Assembly (NCBI GenBank): GCA_947165465.1
Contig: CAMVAM010000003.1
Span: 29,289 to 93,288, forward strand
Direction of reading: 5' to 3'
DNA length: 64,000 nucleotides
Source: an uncultured Candidatus Saccharibacteria bacterium
GTDB lineage: Bacteria; Patescibacteriota; Saccharimonadia; Saccharimonadales; Saccharimonadaceae
This document shows, piece after piece, positions 26,391 through 35,540 of the stretch (its first letter is position 1; every line of letters begins with the position of its first letter). The position numbers and the translations under genes were made by a program. The notes under the pieces were generated by a model that did no database searches, was not told the origin of the DNA, and worked only from the letters and a program-made list of their open reading frames with translations.

Positions 26391-27119
26391 CTATGCTTCG
26401 TTCTGACTGATACTTTCGTAATCAATCCCGTATTGAGTAGCATAGACATATTTGAGGCGAGCCGTATTTAATTCCTCAGATAATTTCTCGAGTTCACCAC
26501 CAGTTGCCTTTGTCATTACGAGGAATTTGAGTGGCTTATTGGCGCCACAAGCAACATCCTGTTCCTTATAAGCGAGTGAGCTTGGGATCGTGATTTCACG
26601 AATGCCATTTAGCTTCATCCCTACAATACCAGTGAGCCATCCTTCCACCATGTTTGGCGAACCGGCTAGGACCGACTCGAATGCAGTTGGGTTAGTCGAA
26701 TCGTTGTAAGACGAATCAAAGATGGTTTCGTCCGCACACCAACCCACATAATATGCAAGATAATCGGTATCATTTTCGCCTAGAGCTCGCCCATCGCCTA
26801 CGACATAGTCACGTGTCTGAACACCATTTTCATTGGCGGTCGTCTCGTTATAAGCCTTAACCGCCTTCTTAAATGCAATAAATTTATCGAAATCCTTCTG
26901 GCTCTTCTTCTTGAAATTCGTGAGCGCAGTATTGTATTCTTCCTCATACTGCATTTTCTTCTCTTCAGAGATACTATTTTGATTAGTGTTATTATTGTTA
27001 CCGTTACTACCAAGAATAATCGCGGCATATCCGGCAACCATCGAACCCAACATGATGACAGCAATCAACGCAATAAAGATGCGCTGCTTCGGACTGGTCT
27101 TCAGTTCTTTTTCTTCCAT
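26391..27119 (-). CDS. Membrane-anchored FKBP-type peptidyl-prolyl cis-trans isomerase (putative)
   Basis: N-terminal TM, then an FKBP-like C-terminal domain (YVVGDG...YLAYYVGW...IFDSSY...GMKLNGIREITIPSSLAY). Confidence 0.6.
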   Translation of the reverse strand: MEEKELKTSPKQRIFIALIAVIMLGSMVAGYAAIILGSNGNNNNTNQNSISEEKKMQYEEEYNTALTNFKKKSQKDFDKFIAFKKAVKAYNETTANENGVQTRDYVVGDGRALGENDTDYLAYYVGWCADETIFDSSYNDSTNPTAFESVLAGSPNMVEGWLTGIVGMKLNGIREITIPSSLAYKEQDVACGANKPLKFLVMTKATGGELEKLSEELNTARLKYVYATQYGIDYESISQNEA

Positions 27120-27153
27120 TTTACACTCCGTTAATCTAGAATTATTTTATCAC

Positions 27154-27190
27154 AAAAATAACCCCTGTAGTAGGGGTTATTTTGATTTTT
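27154..27190. terminator. Intrinsic terminator downstream of rplO (usable on both strands)
   Basis: Hairpin ataacccct/gtagt/aggggttat flanked by A-run and T-run. Immediately followed on the minus strand by TGATAAAAT and a GGAG leader for the FKBP gene. Confidence 0.7.
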
Positions 27191-27197
27191 TAAGCTA

Positions 27198-27662
27198 TTA
27201 TTCAGCTTTTTTAGCTGGCTTTGCGATGATAGCGACTTTCTTAAACGAACCGCCGGCTTTCTTGATAGCTTCAACTGCGGACTTAGAAGCAAATTGAGTT
27301 TCAAGATCGATTTTGTTGGTAATTTCACCACGAGTGATGACCTTAACCTTTACAAATGGGCTCGAAATAAGTGAAGCTTCAGCAAGCTTGTAGTTATCAA
27401 CTTTACCCTTAAGTTCGTTCAAGCGATCAGTGTAGACAACTTCAGCCTTAGCGTGGAAGGATTTGAAACCTTTGAGCTTTGGCACAGCCTGCATGATAGC
27501 GCGCTGACCACCCATGAAGCCGTTAGGCATCTTGCGATGACCGGTACGAGCTTTCTGACCCTTAGTACCACGACCGGCGGTTTTACCCTGACCGGCGGAG
27601 ATACCACGACCCTTACGGGATGGGCGAGTGTTCTTCTCGACTACTAAATCATTGTATTTCAT
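27198..27662 (-). CDS. rplO: 50S ribosomal protein L15
   Basis: MKYNDLVVEKNTRPSRKGRGISAGQGKTAGRGTKGQKAR... is a typical L15 N-terminus. TAATG overlap with rpsE. Confidence 0.95.
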   Translation of the reverse strand: MKYNDLVVEKNTRPSRKGRGISAGQGKTAGRGTKGQKARTGHRKMPNGFMGGQRAIMQAVPKLKGFKSFHAKAEVVYTDRLNELKGKVDNYKLAEASLISSPFVKVKVITRGEITNKIDLETQFASKSAVEAIKKAGGSFKKVAIIAKPAKKAE

Positions 27663-28432
27663 TACTTAGCCTCCTTCTTAGCAGCTGGTTTTTTGGCAGC
27701 TGGCTTCTTAGCTGGAGCAGCTTTCTTTGCGACAGCAGGCTTAGCGGCTGGCTTTTCAGCCTTTGGTGCTTCAGCCTTTGGAGCTTCGGCCTTTGGAGCT
27801 TCGGCTGGCTTCTCGGCCTTAGCAGGAGCAGCCTTGTGGCCAGTCCATTCACTGCGTGGAACTTGCTGACGAAGACCTTCAATCACTGCATAGGCAATGT
27901 TGACTTTATTCGTCGAACCAAGTGACTTCGAAATCAGGTTCTTTACGCCGGTAAGGCCCATAATAGAACGAACCGTACCACCGGCGATAATACCTGTACC
28001 AGGAGCAGCTGGCTTAAGGAGCACATCTGCACCAGTTACCTTCGTACGAACTTCGTGGCAAATCGTCTCACCGTCCATGTTGAAAGTAATCATGGTCTTT
28101 TTAGCTTTTGAAGTAGCCTTAGCAACAGCGGTAGTAACATCGTTACCCTTAGCTACGCCAATACCAACTTTGTTCTTATGATTTCCGATTGCAACGAGTG
28201 CTTTGAAACGCATACGGCGACCACCGGCCACAGTACGAGAAACACGATCAACTGCAATAGTGATTTCATCAAATTCTTTTGGAGCCACGTCAGCCTTGAC
28301 ACGGTCACGGCGATTTCTGCGATCCATTTTCTTTCCGGCAATATCGCGAGTTTCCTTAGAAGCTGCGACTTTGTCTTCCATCTTAAGGGTGCCGGATTTG
28401 TTAATTACCCTTGGTTTCTTATCTTCAGGCAT
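27662..28432 (-). CDS. rpsE: 30S ribosomal protein S5 with N-terminal extension and ~60-aa Lys/Ala/Pro-rich C-terminal tail
   Basis: S5 core (ITIAVDRVSRTVAGGRRMRFKALVAIGN...GTGIIAGGTVR). The tail is AKAEKPAEAPKAEAPKAEAPKAEKPAAKPAVAKKAAPAKKPAAKKPAAKKEAK. Confidence 0.95.
   Translation of the reverse strand: MPEDKKPRVINKSGTLKMEDKVAASKETRDIAGKKMDRRNRRDRVKADVAPKEFDEITIAVDRVSRTVAGGRRMRFKALVAIGNHKNKVGIGVAKGNDVTTAVAKATSKAKKTMITFNMDGETICHEVRTKVTGADVLLKPAAPGTGIIAGGTVRSIMGLTGVKNLISKSLGSTNKVNIAYAVIEGLRQQVPRSEWTGHKAAPAKAEKPAEAPKAEAPKAEAPKAEKPAAKPAVAKKAAPAKKPAAKKPAAKKEAK
27756..27800. repeat. Three tandem 15-nt units encoding (AEAPK)x3 in the S5 tail
   Basis: tcagcctttggtgct / tcagcctttggagct / tcggcctttggagct, read directly. 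Confidence 0.8.
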
Positions 28433-28434
28433 AA

Positions 28435-28764
28435 TTAAAACTCAAGTCCTTCCTTGCGAGCGGCATCTGCGAGTGCAGTCATGCGACCTGCATATAGTTT
28501 AGAACCACGGTCAAAGACGACTTTCTTAACCTTAGCGGCTTTTGCCTTCTTGGCGATTTCCTCACCAATCTTGGCGGCCTTTTCGGTCTTAGAACCGGTC
28601 ATTTTAGCGCCAACGGTAGTGGCATAAGCTAAAGTGACTTTCTTGTCATCATCAATAACCTGGGCTGTAATGTGTAGGTTCGAAAAATGAACCGTAAGAC
28701 GCGGGCGTTCCGCGGTACCGTGAATCTTAGCACGGGTACGATTTGCTCTAAATACCTTATTCAT
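28435..28764 (-). CDS. rplR: 50S ribosomal protein L18
   Basis: RLTVHFSNLHITAQVIDD...VFDRGSKLYAGRMTALADAARKEGLEF. Confidence 0.95.
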   Translation of the reverse strand: MNKVFRANRTRAKIHGTAERPRLTVHFSNLHITAQVIDDDKKVTLAYATTVGAKMTGSKTEKAAKIGEEIAKKAKAAKVKKVVFDRGSKLYAGRMTALADAARKEGLEF

Positions 28765-29300
28765 TATTTCTTCCCTGCCTTTCCAGCCTTGCGGATGATT
28801 ACTTCATCAACATACTTGATACCTTTGCCCTTGTATGGCTCTGGTTTCTTGAGGCTGCGGATTTCAGCGGCGACCTGACCGACTTTTTGCTTGTCGATGC
28901 CAGAGACCGTGATCTCCATTTTATTCGTGGTGAGTTGGACACCTTCTGGGGCTCTATATTTCACTGGGTGTGAAAAGCCAAGTGCCATCTCGATTTCCTG
29001 TCCACCACCAGATAGACGGAAACCTACACCATTAATTTCTAGTTTTTTCTCGAAACCTTTGGTCACACCTTGTACGGCATTATTAAGCAATGCGCGCTGA
29101 AGGCCGTGCCAAGCACGAGATTTTGGCTCGTCATCCTCACGGGTAACGATCACCTGAGTGCCTTCGACCTTGGTAGTGGTCTTTGGCTGAACCGGAACGA
29201 TGAGCTGACCCTTCGGTCCAGCAACAGTAATCTCTCTGTCGCCGACCGTGATTGTCACTCCCGCCGGAATATCGATGGGTTGTTTTCCGATACGACTCAT
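28764..29300 (-). CDS. rplF: 50S ribosomal protein L6
   Basis: MSRIGKQPIDIPAGVTITV...GPKG... has the duplicated L6 fold pattern. Confidence 0.95.
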   Translation of the reverse strand: MSRIGKQPIDIPAGVTITVGDREITVAGPKGQLIVPVQPKTTTKVEGTQVIVTREDDEPKSRAWHGLQRALLNNAVQGVTKGFEKKLEINGVGFRLSGGGQEIEMALGFSHPVKYRAPEGVQLTTNKMEITVSGIDKQKVGQVAAEIRSLKKPEPYKGKGIKYVDEVIIRKAGKAGKK

Positions 29301-29328
29301 ATATTTCCTTTAAGTTAATATCCGTACT

Positions 29329-29357
29329 ATTATACCACACCTTTTATCTGTTGACAA
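29329..29357 (-). promoter_or_regulatory. Strong sigma70-type promoter (TTGTCA-17-TGGTATAAT) driving rplF-rplR-rpsE-rplO
   Basis: The minus strand reads TTGTCA acagataaaaggtgtgg TATAAT, then a ~28-nt leader with AAAGGAAAT before the ATG at 29300. Confidence 0.65.
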
Positions 29358-29359
29358 GA

Positions 29360-30064
29360 TTAGAATAAGATTTGTGCCGGGTTACGCACCAGAACTTCGT
29401 CTAACTCTTGTTCATCCAAATACTTCGCAAGCTTTTTTCTAGCAGCAATTAGATAATCAGTCCCGCCCGGACGATGTAAATCGGAGCCAAATGCGAACAC
29501 CATTTTGTTTTTTAGCATCTTAATCAAAACTTTTCGTGCCTTTTTGCCGTAGCGATCCACGAGCGAGCCGAGATTGCACTGGAACAGCACGCCACATTCG
29601 TGTAAGTTTACAATCAAATCAAAATCTTCCTTAAAGCTCTCATATCTTTCCGGATGCGCCAAAATCACCTTAAAGCCACGTTGCATCAGCTCCAGGAAAA
29701 TATCTTCATAATTCGGGAATTCGCCACTCATCGGAAGCTCAATGAGAAGATATTTGCTTCCATTAATCCCGGTAATCTCCTGGCGTTCAATCAGCTTTTC
29801 GATATCGCGACAAATATAAATCTCATTGCCTAGATAGATATTCACATTAACTCCGGCCTTCTCAAGCTCAGAGCGTAGTTTCACTACAAGTGTAGCGTTT
29901 TTTACAGAGGAAACGGTATAATCCGTCTCATCCACATAGTGTGGTGTCGCAACCACGTCCGTAAAACCTTGACGCCCCAACCACTTCACCATTTCAACAC
30001 TGGTCCCAAAGTCTCTCGACCCATCGTCGACTCCCGGTAAAATGTGTGAATGAATATCAATCAT
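29360..30064 (-). CDS. cpsB: PHP-family protein-tyrosine phosphatase (CpsB/Wzh-like)
   Basis: MIDIHSHILPGVDDGS metal-binding N-terminus and HPERY motif. Adjacent to the BY-kinase gene. Confidence 0.88.
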   Translation of the reverse strand: MIDIHSHILPGVDDGSRDFGTSVEMVKWLGRQGFTDVVATPHYVDETDYTVSSVKNATLVVKLRSELEKAGVNVNIYLGNEIYICRDIEKLIERQEITGINGSKYLLIELPMSGEFPNYEDIFLELMQRGFKVILAHPERYESFKEDFDLIVNLHECGVLFQCNLGSLVDRYGKKARKVLIKMLKNKMVFAFGSDLHRPGGTDYLIAARKKLAKYLDEQELDEVLVRNPAQILF

Positions 30065-30066
30065 TT

Positions 30067-31425
30067 TTATTTCGCCGAATCACCATAATAATAATTATAG
30101 TATTTCGAGGATTTCTTGTTCACCATATTAAAGACAATACCGGCAATTCTGGCGCCAACTTTTTCTAGCGATTCCTTGGCTACCATGAGATCGCCCTTCG
30201 CGGTTTCGCCGTCTTTCACGACGATAAGCGTTTCATCTACGAAACTAGAAAGAATCACAGAGTCAGCAAGACCACCAACCGGCGCACCATCAAAGATGAT
30301 AATGTCGTAGTAATCGCAAAGCATATCGATGAGGCGTTTGTTCTTCTTGGATGCAAGAAGTTCACTTGGGTTTGGTGGATAAGTACCGCAAGTAATGATG
30401 TCGAGATTCTTGATTTTAGTCTTTTGGATATACTTTCCAAAGTATCTTAAATCATTAGTTAGAAGATTGGACAAACCATTCGTATTTGGAACTCCAAATA
30501 GTTTGTGCAAACGCCCTTTTCTTAAATCGCAGTCAACAATAAGGACTCTCTTATCGGCCTGGGCGAAAGAAATCGCAAGGTTCGATGAAATAAAGCTCTT
30601 ACCTTCGCTAGCATTGGTACTGGTAATTAAAATCGTCTTCAAATCTTTATCAACTGCGGTAAACTGCAAGTTAGTTCTAAGACTCTTAATATTCTCGCTT
30701 ACGATGGCCTTTGGTGATTTCTCAACCACGAGTTCACTTAGCTTTCTCTTCTCATCGCTCTTTAATACGCGCCCAGCAACCGGCATGCCAATCGTCTTTT
30801 CCACATCATCACTATGCTTAACGGAATCATCAAGATAGAATCTAAGGAAGGCAAAGCCGGCCACGGCAAAGATGGAAATCACGACAGCAAGGATAAGATC
30901 ACGCTTCAAAGTGTCATTAGCAGGTTTCTCCGGCTCAACCGCCACGCTAAGCTGCGTCACGTTCTCAATCTTGTAAATCCTAGCCACTTCAGCCGAGAAC
31001 ACACTGGCAATCTTATTAGCAATCACAGCAGACATCTCAGCAGTCGGATATTTAACAGTAATACCAAGAACTGCAGTATCATCTACCGGTTTAATGGTAA
31101 GGTTCTTGCTAAGCTCGCTTGCGGTAGTGTTAAGCTCCAACTCATTAATCACCTGATTCAAAACCAATTCGCTTTTTGCGATGACGCTATAGGTAGAAGC
31201 GAGCTTCTGGCTAGCGTTGATTTCGTTCAAGGTCGTTGCCGTACCGACTTCCGTTTCGTCGGATTTAGCAATCACAACTGTGGTCTGTGCCTGATAAATC
31301 GGTTTCTTAAACATCGATTCGTAAATAGTCACGCCAACAGCCGCGACCAACGCGAAAACAATAAAAGCCAAAATATAGTGCTTCAAATAACTAAAAAATT
31401 CTTTTATATTGATTTCTTCCATCAC
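30067..31425 (-). CDS. Fused Wzz-type chain-length modulator + bacterial tyrosine (BY) kinase (CpsC-CpsD fusion)
   Basis: N-terminal Wzz region with two TMs. Walker A ITSTNASEGKS, Walker A'/B (LIVDCDLRKG, IIIFDGAP). Tyr-rich C-terminus KYYNYYYGDS. Start is GTG at 31425 or ATG at 31422, preceded by TGCTATAAT and a GGAG leader. Confidence 0.88.
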   Translation of the reverse strand: MMEEINIKEFFSYLKHYILAFIVFALVAAVGVTIYESMFKKPIYQAQTTVVIAKSDETEVGTATTLNEINASQKLASTYSVIAKSELVLNQVINELELNTTASELSKNLTIKPVDDTAVLGITVKYPTAEMSAVIANKIASVFSAEVARIYKIENVTQLSVAVEPEKPANDTLKRDLILAVVISIFAVAGFAFLRFYLDDSVKHSDDVEKTIGMPVAGRVLKSDEKRKLSELVVEKSPKAIVSENIKSLRTNLQFTAVDKDLKTILITSTNASEGKSFISSNLAISFAQADKRVLIVDCDLRKGRLHKLFGVPNTNGLSNLLTNDLRYFGKYIQKTKIKNLDIITCGTYPPNPSELLASKKNKRLIDMLCDYYDIIIFDGAPVGGLADSVILSSFVDETLIVVKDGETAKGDLMVAKESLEKVGARIAGIVFNMVNKKSSKYYNYYYGDSAK

Positions 31426-31467
31426 TTACATTCTCCATTTATCATTATAGCATAACCACCAAAAGGT

Positions 31468-32625
31468 TTAAACATCATTATCCAAGTATTCATTCATTTT
31501 CCTCACAATTTCCTTGTACGATTCTTCATCCGGAATCATCGCCCAAAGTGGCATATCTTCACCATAAGTATAAGTCGGATACAAATCGCCCTCGCCATCG
31601 AGACCAATCGATTCAATCTTCCAACCGGTCCTGTTCGCGAGCAAGAACTTAAGAAATGTCGTAATATCGTCACGCGTAAAGCTAGTTTCGAAAGTGTTTC
31701 CGGCGATTTCGAGGATTTCCGGAAGTCTTAGCAATTGATCGTTCGAGCTTAAGAACTTATTAATAATTCCCGTCAAAACTTCCTGCTGGTTTTCACCACG
31801 ATGCCTGTCACCGCGATAATATTTCTTTCTTTCCCTCGAAAATGCTAAAGCGCATTTTCCATCTATTTGTTGTGGTCCATATACAAATACACATTTCCCA
31901 CCACCATCCCTGGCGTTCAAAGTCATCGCAGTGTCCGAGAAGATTTCAATTCCGCCTAGCTCATCGACTACTTCCACTACCGTATCAAAGCTTACTCTAA
32001 TCGTGTGATAAATATTAAATCCGAGAAAATCCTCGAGAGTCTGCCGACTAAGTTCCGTATTATTATTCAGCCCTGCATGAGTGAGCTTATCCTTTAAACC
32101 TGTCGTACCATGTAGTTGCACATAAGTATCGCGTGGAATGTTGACTAGAAGAATCTTCTTTTTCTCCGGGTTCATCACAGCGAGAATATTCACATCGCTT
32201 CTAGCCGTTGGGTCGTCAATATCCGTACGTGAATCAGTGCCAGAAATATAGACAATATATGGATCCTTCGTAATGTCCACAGAATAATCCGGCCTAGTTT
32301 CGCTACTTATACTGATATTCGAACTCACCTTATCGAGAAAGGCATTAAATGCATTGGTGTAACGAAGCGCAAATATTCCTCCCGCGATACAGGCGGCCGA
32401 TACCAACATACATAGGACTCTAAGTACTAAGAGCGATTTTTTCTTCACGAAAAACATCGTCACGCATAGCGCAAATAGTACCGCAAGAATCACCGCCGCG
32501 AGCACCACCACCCATGAATCCAAAATGTGTAGTCTCGCGACCGATACTAAGCACATCACAGACACCACTGCTTGTGCTAGTGCCAGTAACAGTCCAATAA
32601 TTCGCCACACCAAATAGTTTTTCAT
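31468..32625 (-). CDS. LytR-CpsA-Psr (LCP) family glycopolymer-peptidoglycan ligase
   Basis: Three N-terminal TMs, then the LCP core (SDVNILAVMNPEKKKILLVNIPRDTYV...). TAATG overlap with ugd. Confidence 0.85.
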   Translation of the reverse strand: MKNYLVWRIIGLLLALAQAVVSVMCLVSVARLHILDSWVVVLAAVILAVLFALCVTMFFVKKKSLLVLRVLCMLVSAACIAGGIFALRYTNAFNAFLDKVSSNISISSETRPDYSVDITKDPYIVYISGTDSRTDIDDPTARSDVNILAVMNPEKKKILLVNIPRDTYVQLHGTTGLKDKLTHAGLNNNTELSRQTLEDFLGFNIYHTIRVSFDTVVEVVDELGGIEIFSDTAMTLNARDGGGKCVFVYGPQQIDGKCALAFSRERKKYYRGDRHRGENQQEVLTGIINKFLSSNDQLLRLPEILEIAGNTFETSFTRDDITTFLKFLLANRTGWKIESIGLDGEGDLYPTYTYGEDMPLWAMIPDEESYKEIVRKMNEYLDNDV

Positions 32626-33809
32626 TAGTCCCTCGCAAACAAATCACGTGTGTAAACGATATCAGCTACATCGCGTAAGTGTTCCTCGAGGCGGTTTGCG
32701 ATGATTAAATCGCTACGCTTAGCAAACTCATCAAATTGGTTTACGATTTCAAATCCGGCATATCTTTTTTCGGAAAGCGTTGGTTCATAAATAATCACTT
32801 CGATACCCTCGCCACGAAGCTGCTTAATCACATCATGAATGGCTGCCGAACGGAAGTTGTCCGAGCCGCTCTTCATAGTCAAACGGTACACGCCCACAGT
32901 ACTTGGTTTACGCTTGCAAATATCTTTCACGATGAAATCTTTACGAGTCTTGTTGGCCTGTACGATTGCCCTAATGAGGTCTTGAGGCACATTGTGATAG
33001 TTTGCAAGAAGTTGCTTAGTATCTTTTGGCAAGCAGTAGCCACCATAACCAAAAGATGGGTTGTTGTAATGCGCACCGATGCGAGGATCAAGACAAACAC
33101 CATCAATAATAGACTTAGTGTCAAGCCCCTTCACCTGGGCATAGGTATCAAGCTCGTTAAAGAACGAAACTCTAAGCGCAAGATAAGTATTAGCAAAGAG
33201 CTTAATTGCCTCGGCTTCGGTTGGTTGAACGAACAGTACCGGCACGTCCTTGGCAAGTGCTGCAGACTGGAGCATCTTGGCAAATTTCTGGGCAGCAGGA
33301 GTTTCATCACCCACGATGATACGTGAAGGATAGAGGTTGTCATAAAGCGCCTTACCCTCGCGGAGAAATTCCGGCGAGAAGAAGATGTTATTAATGCTAT
33401 ATTTTTTACGAACTTTTTCGATATAGCCCACCGGGATGGTAGATTTCACGACAATCGTCATCTTGTCGTCTTTCATCTTGATGGCTTTTTCGATGATGTC
33501 TTCCACGGCAGAAGTATCGAAAGTATTCGTTTCGTCATCGTAATTAGTCGGGGTTGCAACGATTACAAACTCGGCGCCTTCCATGGCCTCCTTGTAGTCA
33601 ACGCTACCGCGAATGTTGAGTTTACGCTCACCCCGCTTGGCTTCATCGAAGAACTTCTCGATGTATTCATCACGAATCGGCGATTCTAAGTTACTGATTT
33701 TATCGGCTTTATCCTGGTGAATCTCTAAGACCACCACCTCATTCTTTTGGCTGAGTAATGTGGCTAGAGACAGACCAACATAACCACCACCTGCTACAGT
33801 TATTTTCAT
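32625..33809 (-). CDS. ugd: UDP-glucose 6-dehydrogenase
   Basis: MKITVAGGGYVGLS Rossmann start and catalytic-Cys region GYGGYCLPKD. I prefer the ATG at 33809 (GGAGAA 5 nt upstream) over 33824. Confidence 0.92.
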   Translation of the reverse strand: MKITVAGGGYVGLSLATLLSQKNEVVVLEIHQDKADKISNLESPIRDEYIEKFFDEAKRGERKLNIRGSVDYKEAMEGAEFVIVATPTNYDDETNTFDTSAVEDIIEKAIKMKDDKMTIVVKSTIPVGYIEKVRKKYSINNIFFSPEFLREGKALYDNLYPSRIIVGDETPAAQKFAKMLQSAALAKDVPVLFVQPTEAEAIKLFANTYLALRVSFFNELDTYAQVKGLDTKSIIDGVCLDPRIGAHYNNPSFGYGGYCLPKDTKQLLANYHNVPQDLIRAIVQANKTRKDFIVKDICKRKPSTVGVYRLTMKSGSDNFRSAAIHDVIKQLRGEGIEVIIYEPTLSEKRYAGFEIVNQFDEFAKRSDLIIANRLEEHLRDVADIVYTRDLFARD

Positions 33810-33848
33810 TTTTTCTCCATTCAAAAAATAATAAAATTACTTAATAAT

Positions 33849-33877
33849 ATTATATCTGATTTTTAGCTTTTTGTCAA
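33849..33877 (-). promoter_or_regulatory. Consensus sigma70 promoter (TTGACA-17-TATAAT) for the ugd-LCP-kinase-phosphatase unit
   Basis: The minus strand reads TTGACA aaaagctaaaaatcaga TATAAT, about 35 nt upstream of the ugd ATG. Confidence 0.7.
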
Positions 33878-33891
33878 TTAAACTATCCCTC

Positions 33892-33978
33892 TTGCCAGCT
33901 CTTAATGGGTGTGGTATAATCAAAACATATTCGGGAATACCCGCACCACCCCATTCGCAAGACTGGGGGATATTTTTT
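33892..33978 (+). ncRNA. Candidate ~50-nt plus-strand small RNA (promoter + two hairpins + T-run), convergent with the MazF-like gene
   Basis: TTGCCA-17-TGGTATAAT (33892-33920), then hairpin cggg/aata/cccg and hairpin cccca/ttcgcaagac/tgggg followed by gatatttttt. The same hairpins could simply terminate the minus-strand toxin gene. Confidence 0.3.
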
Positions 33979-34369
33979 AGTTAAAATATAAACTCTGAAA
34001 ACCGTTCTTCACTATTTGCAAATCAGACCCAGGGACCATACCCATCTTTTTATAAAGTCTCGACACACTAAAAACTCTTATTTGAGCTAAAGACGCGTAT
34101 TGTTTTCTGTTTTTAAAACAAAAACTAACATACCAACTACCATCATGTTCTTTGGATGTTAGCGGCACACCGAGAAATCCATATCGACTCAATTTCTTCA
34201 GAACTAGAACCGGCCGAGAAAAAGCACTATTCTTTCCATTTATTTCAACCCCAACATTCTCGCCAACAGCACACCACCATATTTCACCATCACGAATATC
34301 CGGTACCCTACCAGCATAGTGTACATTTTCTTTTACCCCGATCCACTCTTCAAAACGTTTTTCTTCCAT
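33977..34369 (-). CDS. PemK/MazF-family toxin-like protein with no adjacent antitoxin ORF
   Basis: GEIWWCAVGENVGVEINGKNSAFSRPVLVLKKLS...GVPLTSKE...LAQIRVFSVSRL matches the PemK/MazF SH3-like barrel signature. I prefer the ATG at 34369 (AGGAG 4 nt upstream) over the listed TTG at 34417. Confidence 0.7.
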   Translation of the reverse strand: MEEKRFEEWIGVKENVHYAGRVPDIRDGEIWWCAVGENVGVEINGKNSAFSRPVLVLKKLSRYGFLGVPLTSKEHDGSWYVSFCFKNRKQYASLAQIRVFSVSRLYKKMGMVPGSDLQIVKNGFQSLYFN

Positions 34370-34442
34370 AAAACTCCTGTATTTATTTTCAACAAAAAAT
34401 AAATCATGCGGAGTCAAAAACTACAACCCCCCACCTATATAA

Positions 34443-35492
34443 CTACTTATAGAATTCTTTGTACCACTCAGCGAATTTGCGAAGACCATCGCGAAGTGAA
34501 GTATGTGGTTTGAATCCAAAATCTCTTTCAAGCGCCGAAGTATCAGCATAAGTTATCGGCACATCGCCAGGCTGCATCGGGACGAGCTCTTTGTGGGCTT
34601 CAAAATCATAGTCTTCCGGCAAAACCTTCGCACGGATCAATTCTTCCTGCAAAATCTGGACGAAATCGAGTAAATTCTCTGGATTGGAATTACCGATATT
34701 GTACACAGCATACGGTGCAAGTGGCAAACCATCTTCCCCGTCCTTTTTCTCCGGGGCTTTGGCCATCACGCGCATCACGCCTTCGACAATGTCGTCAATA
34801 TAGGTAAAGTCACGCTTACAGTTGCCATAGTTAAAAATCTGGATCTTTTCACCATTAATGAGTTTATTGGTAAACCCAAAGTAAGCCATGTCCGGGCGTC
34901 CAGCCGGTCCATAAACCGTAAAGAATCTGAGGCCCGTAGAAGGAATATTATAGAGTTTAGAATACGCATGCGCAAGAAGCTCATTAGATTTCTTCGTCGC
35001 AGCATATAGGCTCACCGGATTATCGACTTTATCTTCTACAGCAAACGGCACCTTCTTGTTACCACCATACACAGAAGACGAAGAAGCATAGACCAAATGC
35101 TCCGGCATGTGGTAACGGCAAGCTTCAAGGATGTTGTAGAAGCCAATTAAATTCGATTCGATATAAGCATCCGGATGCTCAATCGAATAACGTACACCAG
35201 CCTGAGCCGCAAGGTTCACTACGATGTTTGGCTGATACTTTTCAAAAACCTCATCCACGGCTTTCTTGTCCGCCAAATTTCCTTTGATGAATTCGAAATT
35301 CTTAAAGGATTCGAGCTCTTTCAAGCGATACTCTTTTAGTCTTACATCATAATAATCATTGACCGAGTCAAAACCAATCACCTTGGCATCTGGATTTTCC
35401 ATACAAACACGTTTTGCCAAGGCGGCACCAATAAAACCGGCTGCACCGGTAATCAGAATAGTCTTATTGTCAAAAACAGCGTACCTATCCAT
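34443..35492 (-). CDS. NAD-dependent UDP-glucuronate 4-epimerase (SDR family)
   Basis: ILITGAAGFIGAAL, YAATKKSNE catalytic YxxxK, overall Cap1J/LpsL-type sequence. Neighbour of ugd. Confidence 0.85.
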   Translation of the reverse strand: MDRYAVFDNKTILITGAAGFIGAALAKRVCMENPDAKVIGFDSVNDYYDVRLKEYRLKELESFKNFEFIKGNLADKKAVDEVFEKYQPNIVVNLAAQAGVRYSIEHPDAYIESNLIGFYNILEACRYHMPEHLVYASSSSVYGGNKKVPFAVEDKVDNPVSLYAATKKSNELLAHAYSKLYNIPSTGLRFFTVYGPAGRPDMAYFGFTNKLINGEKIQIFNYGNCKRDFTYIDDIVEGVMRVMAKAPEKKDGEDGLPLAPYAVYNIGNSNPENLLDFVQILQEELIRAKVLPEDYDFEAHKELVPMQPGDVPITYADTSALERDFGFKPHTSLRDGLRKFAEWYKEFYK

Positions 35493-35498
35493 ATTACT

Positions 35499-35507
35499 AT
35501 TATACCA
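35499..35507 (-). promoter_or_regulatory. Extended -10 box (TGGTATAAT), 6 nt upstream of the epimerase ATG (35492)
   Basis: The minus strand reads TGGTATAAT-AGTAAT-ATG. Confidence 0.55.
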
Positions 35508-35540
35508 TATCTAATAGTGCTTAACTTATCTCTTAAATAC

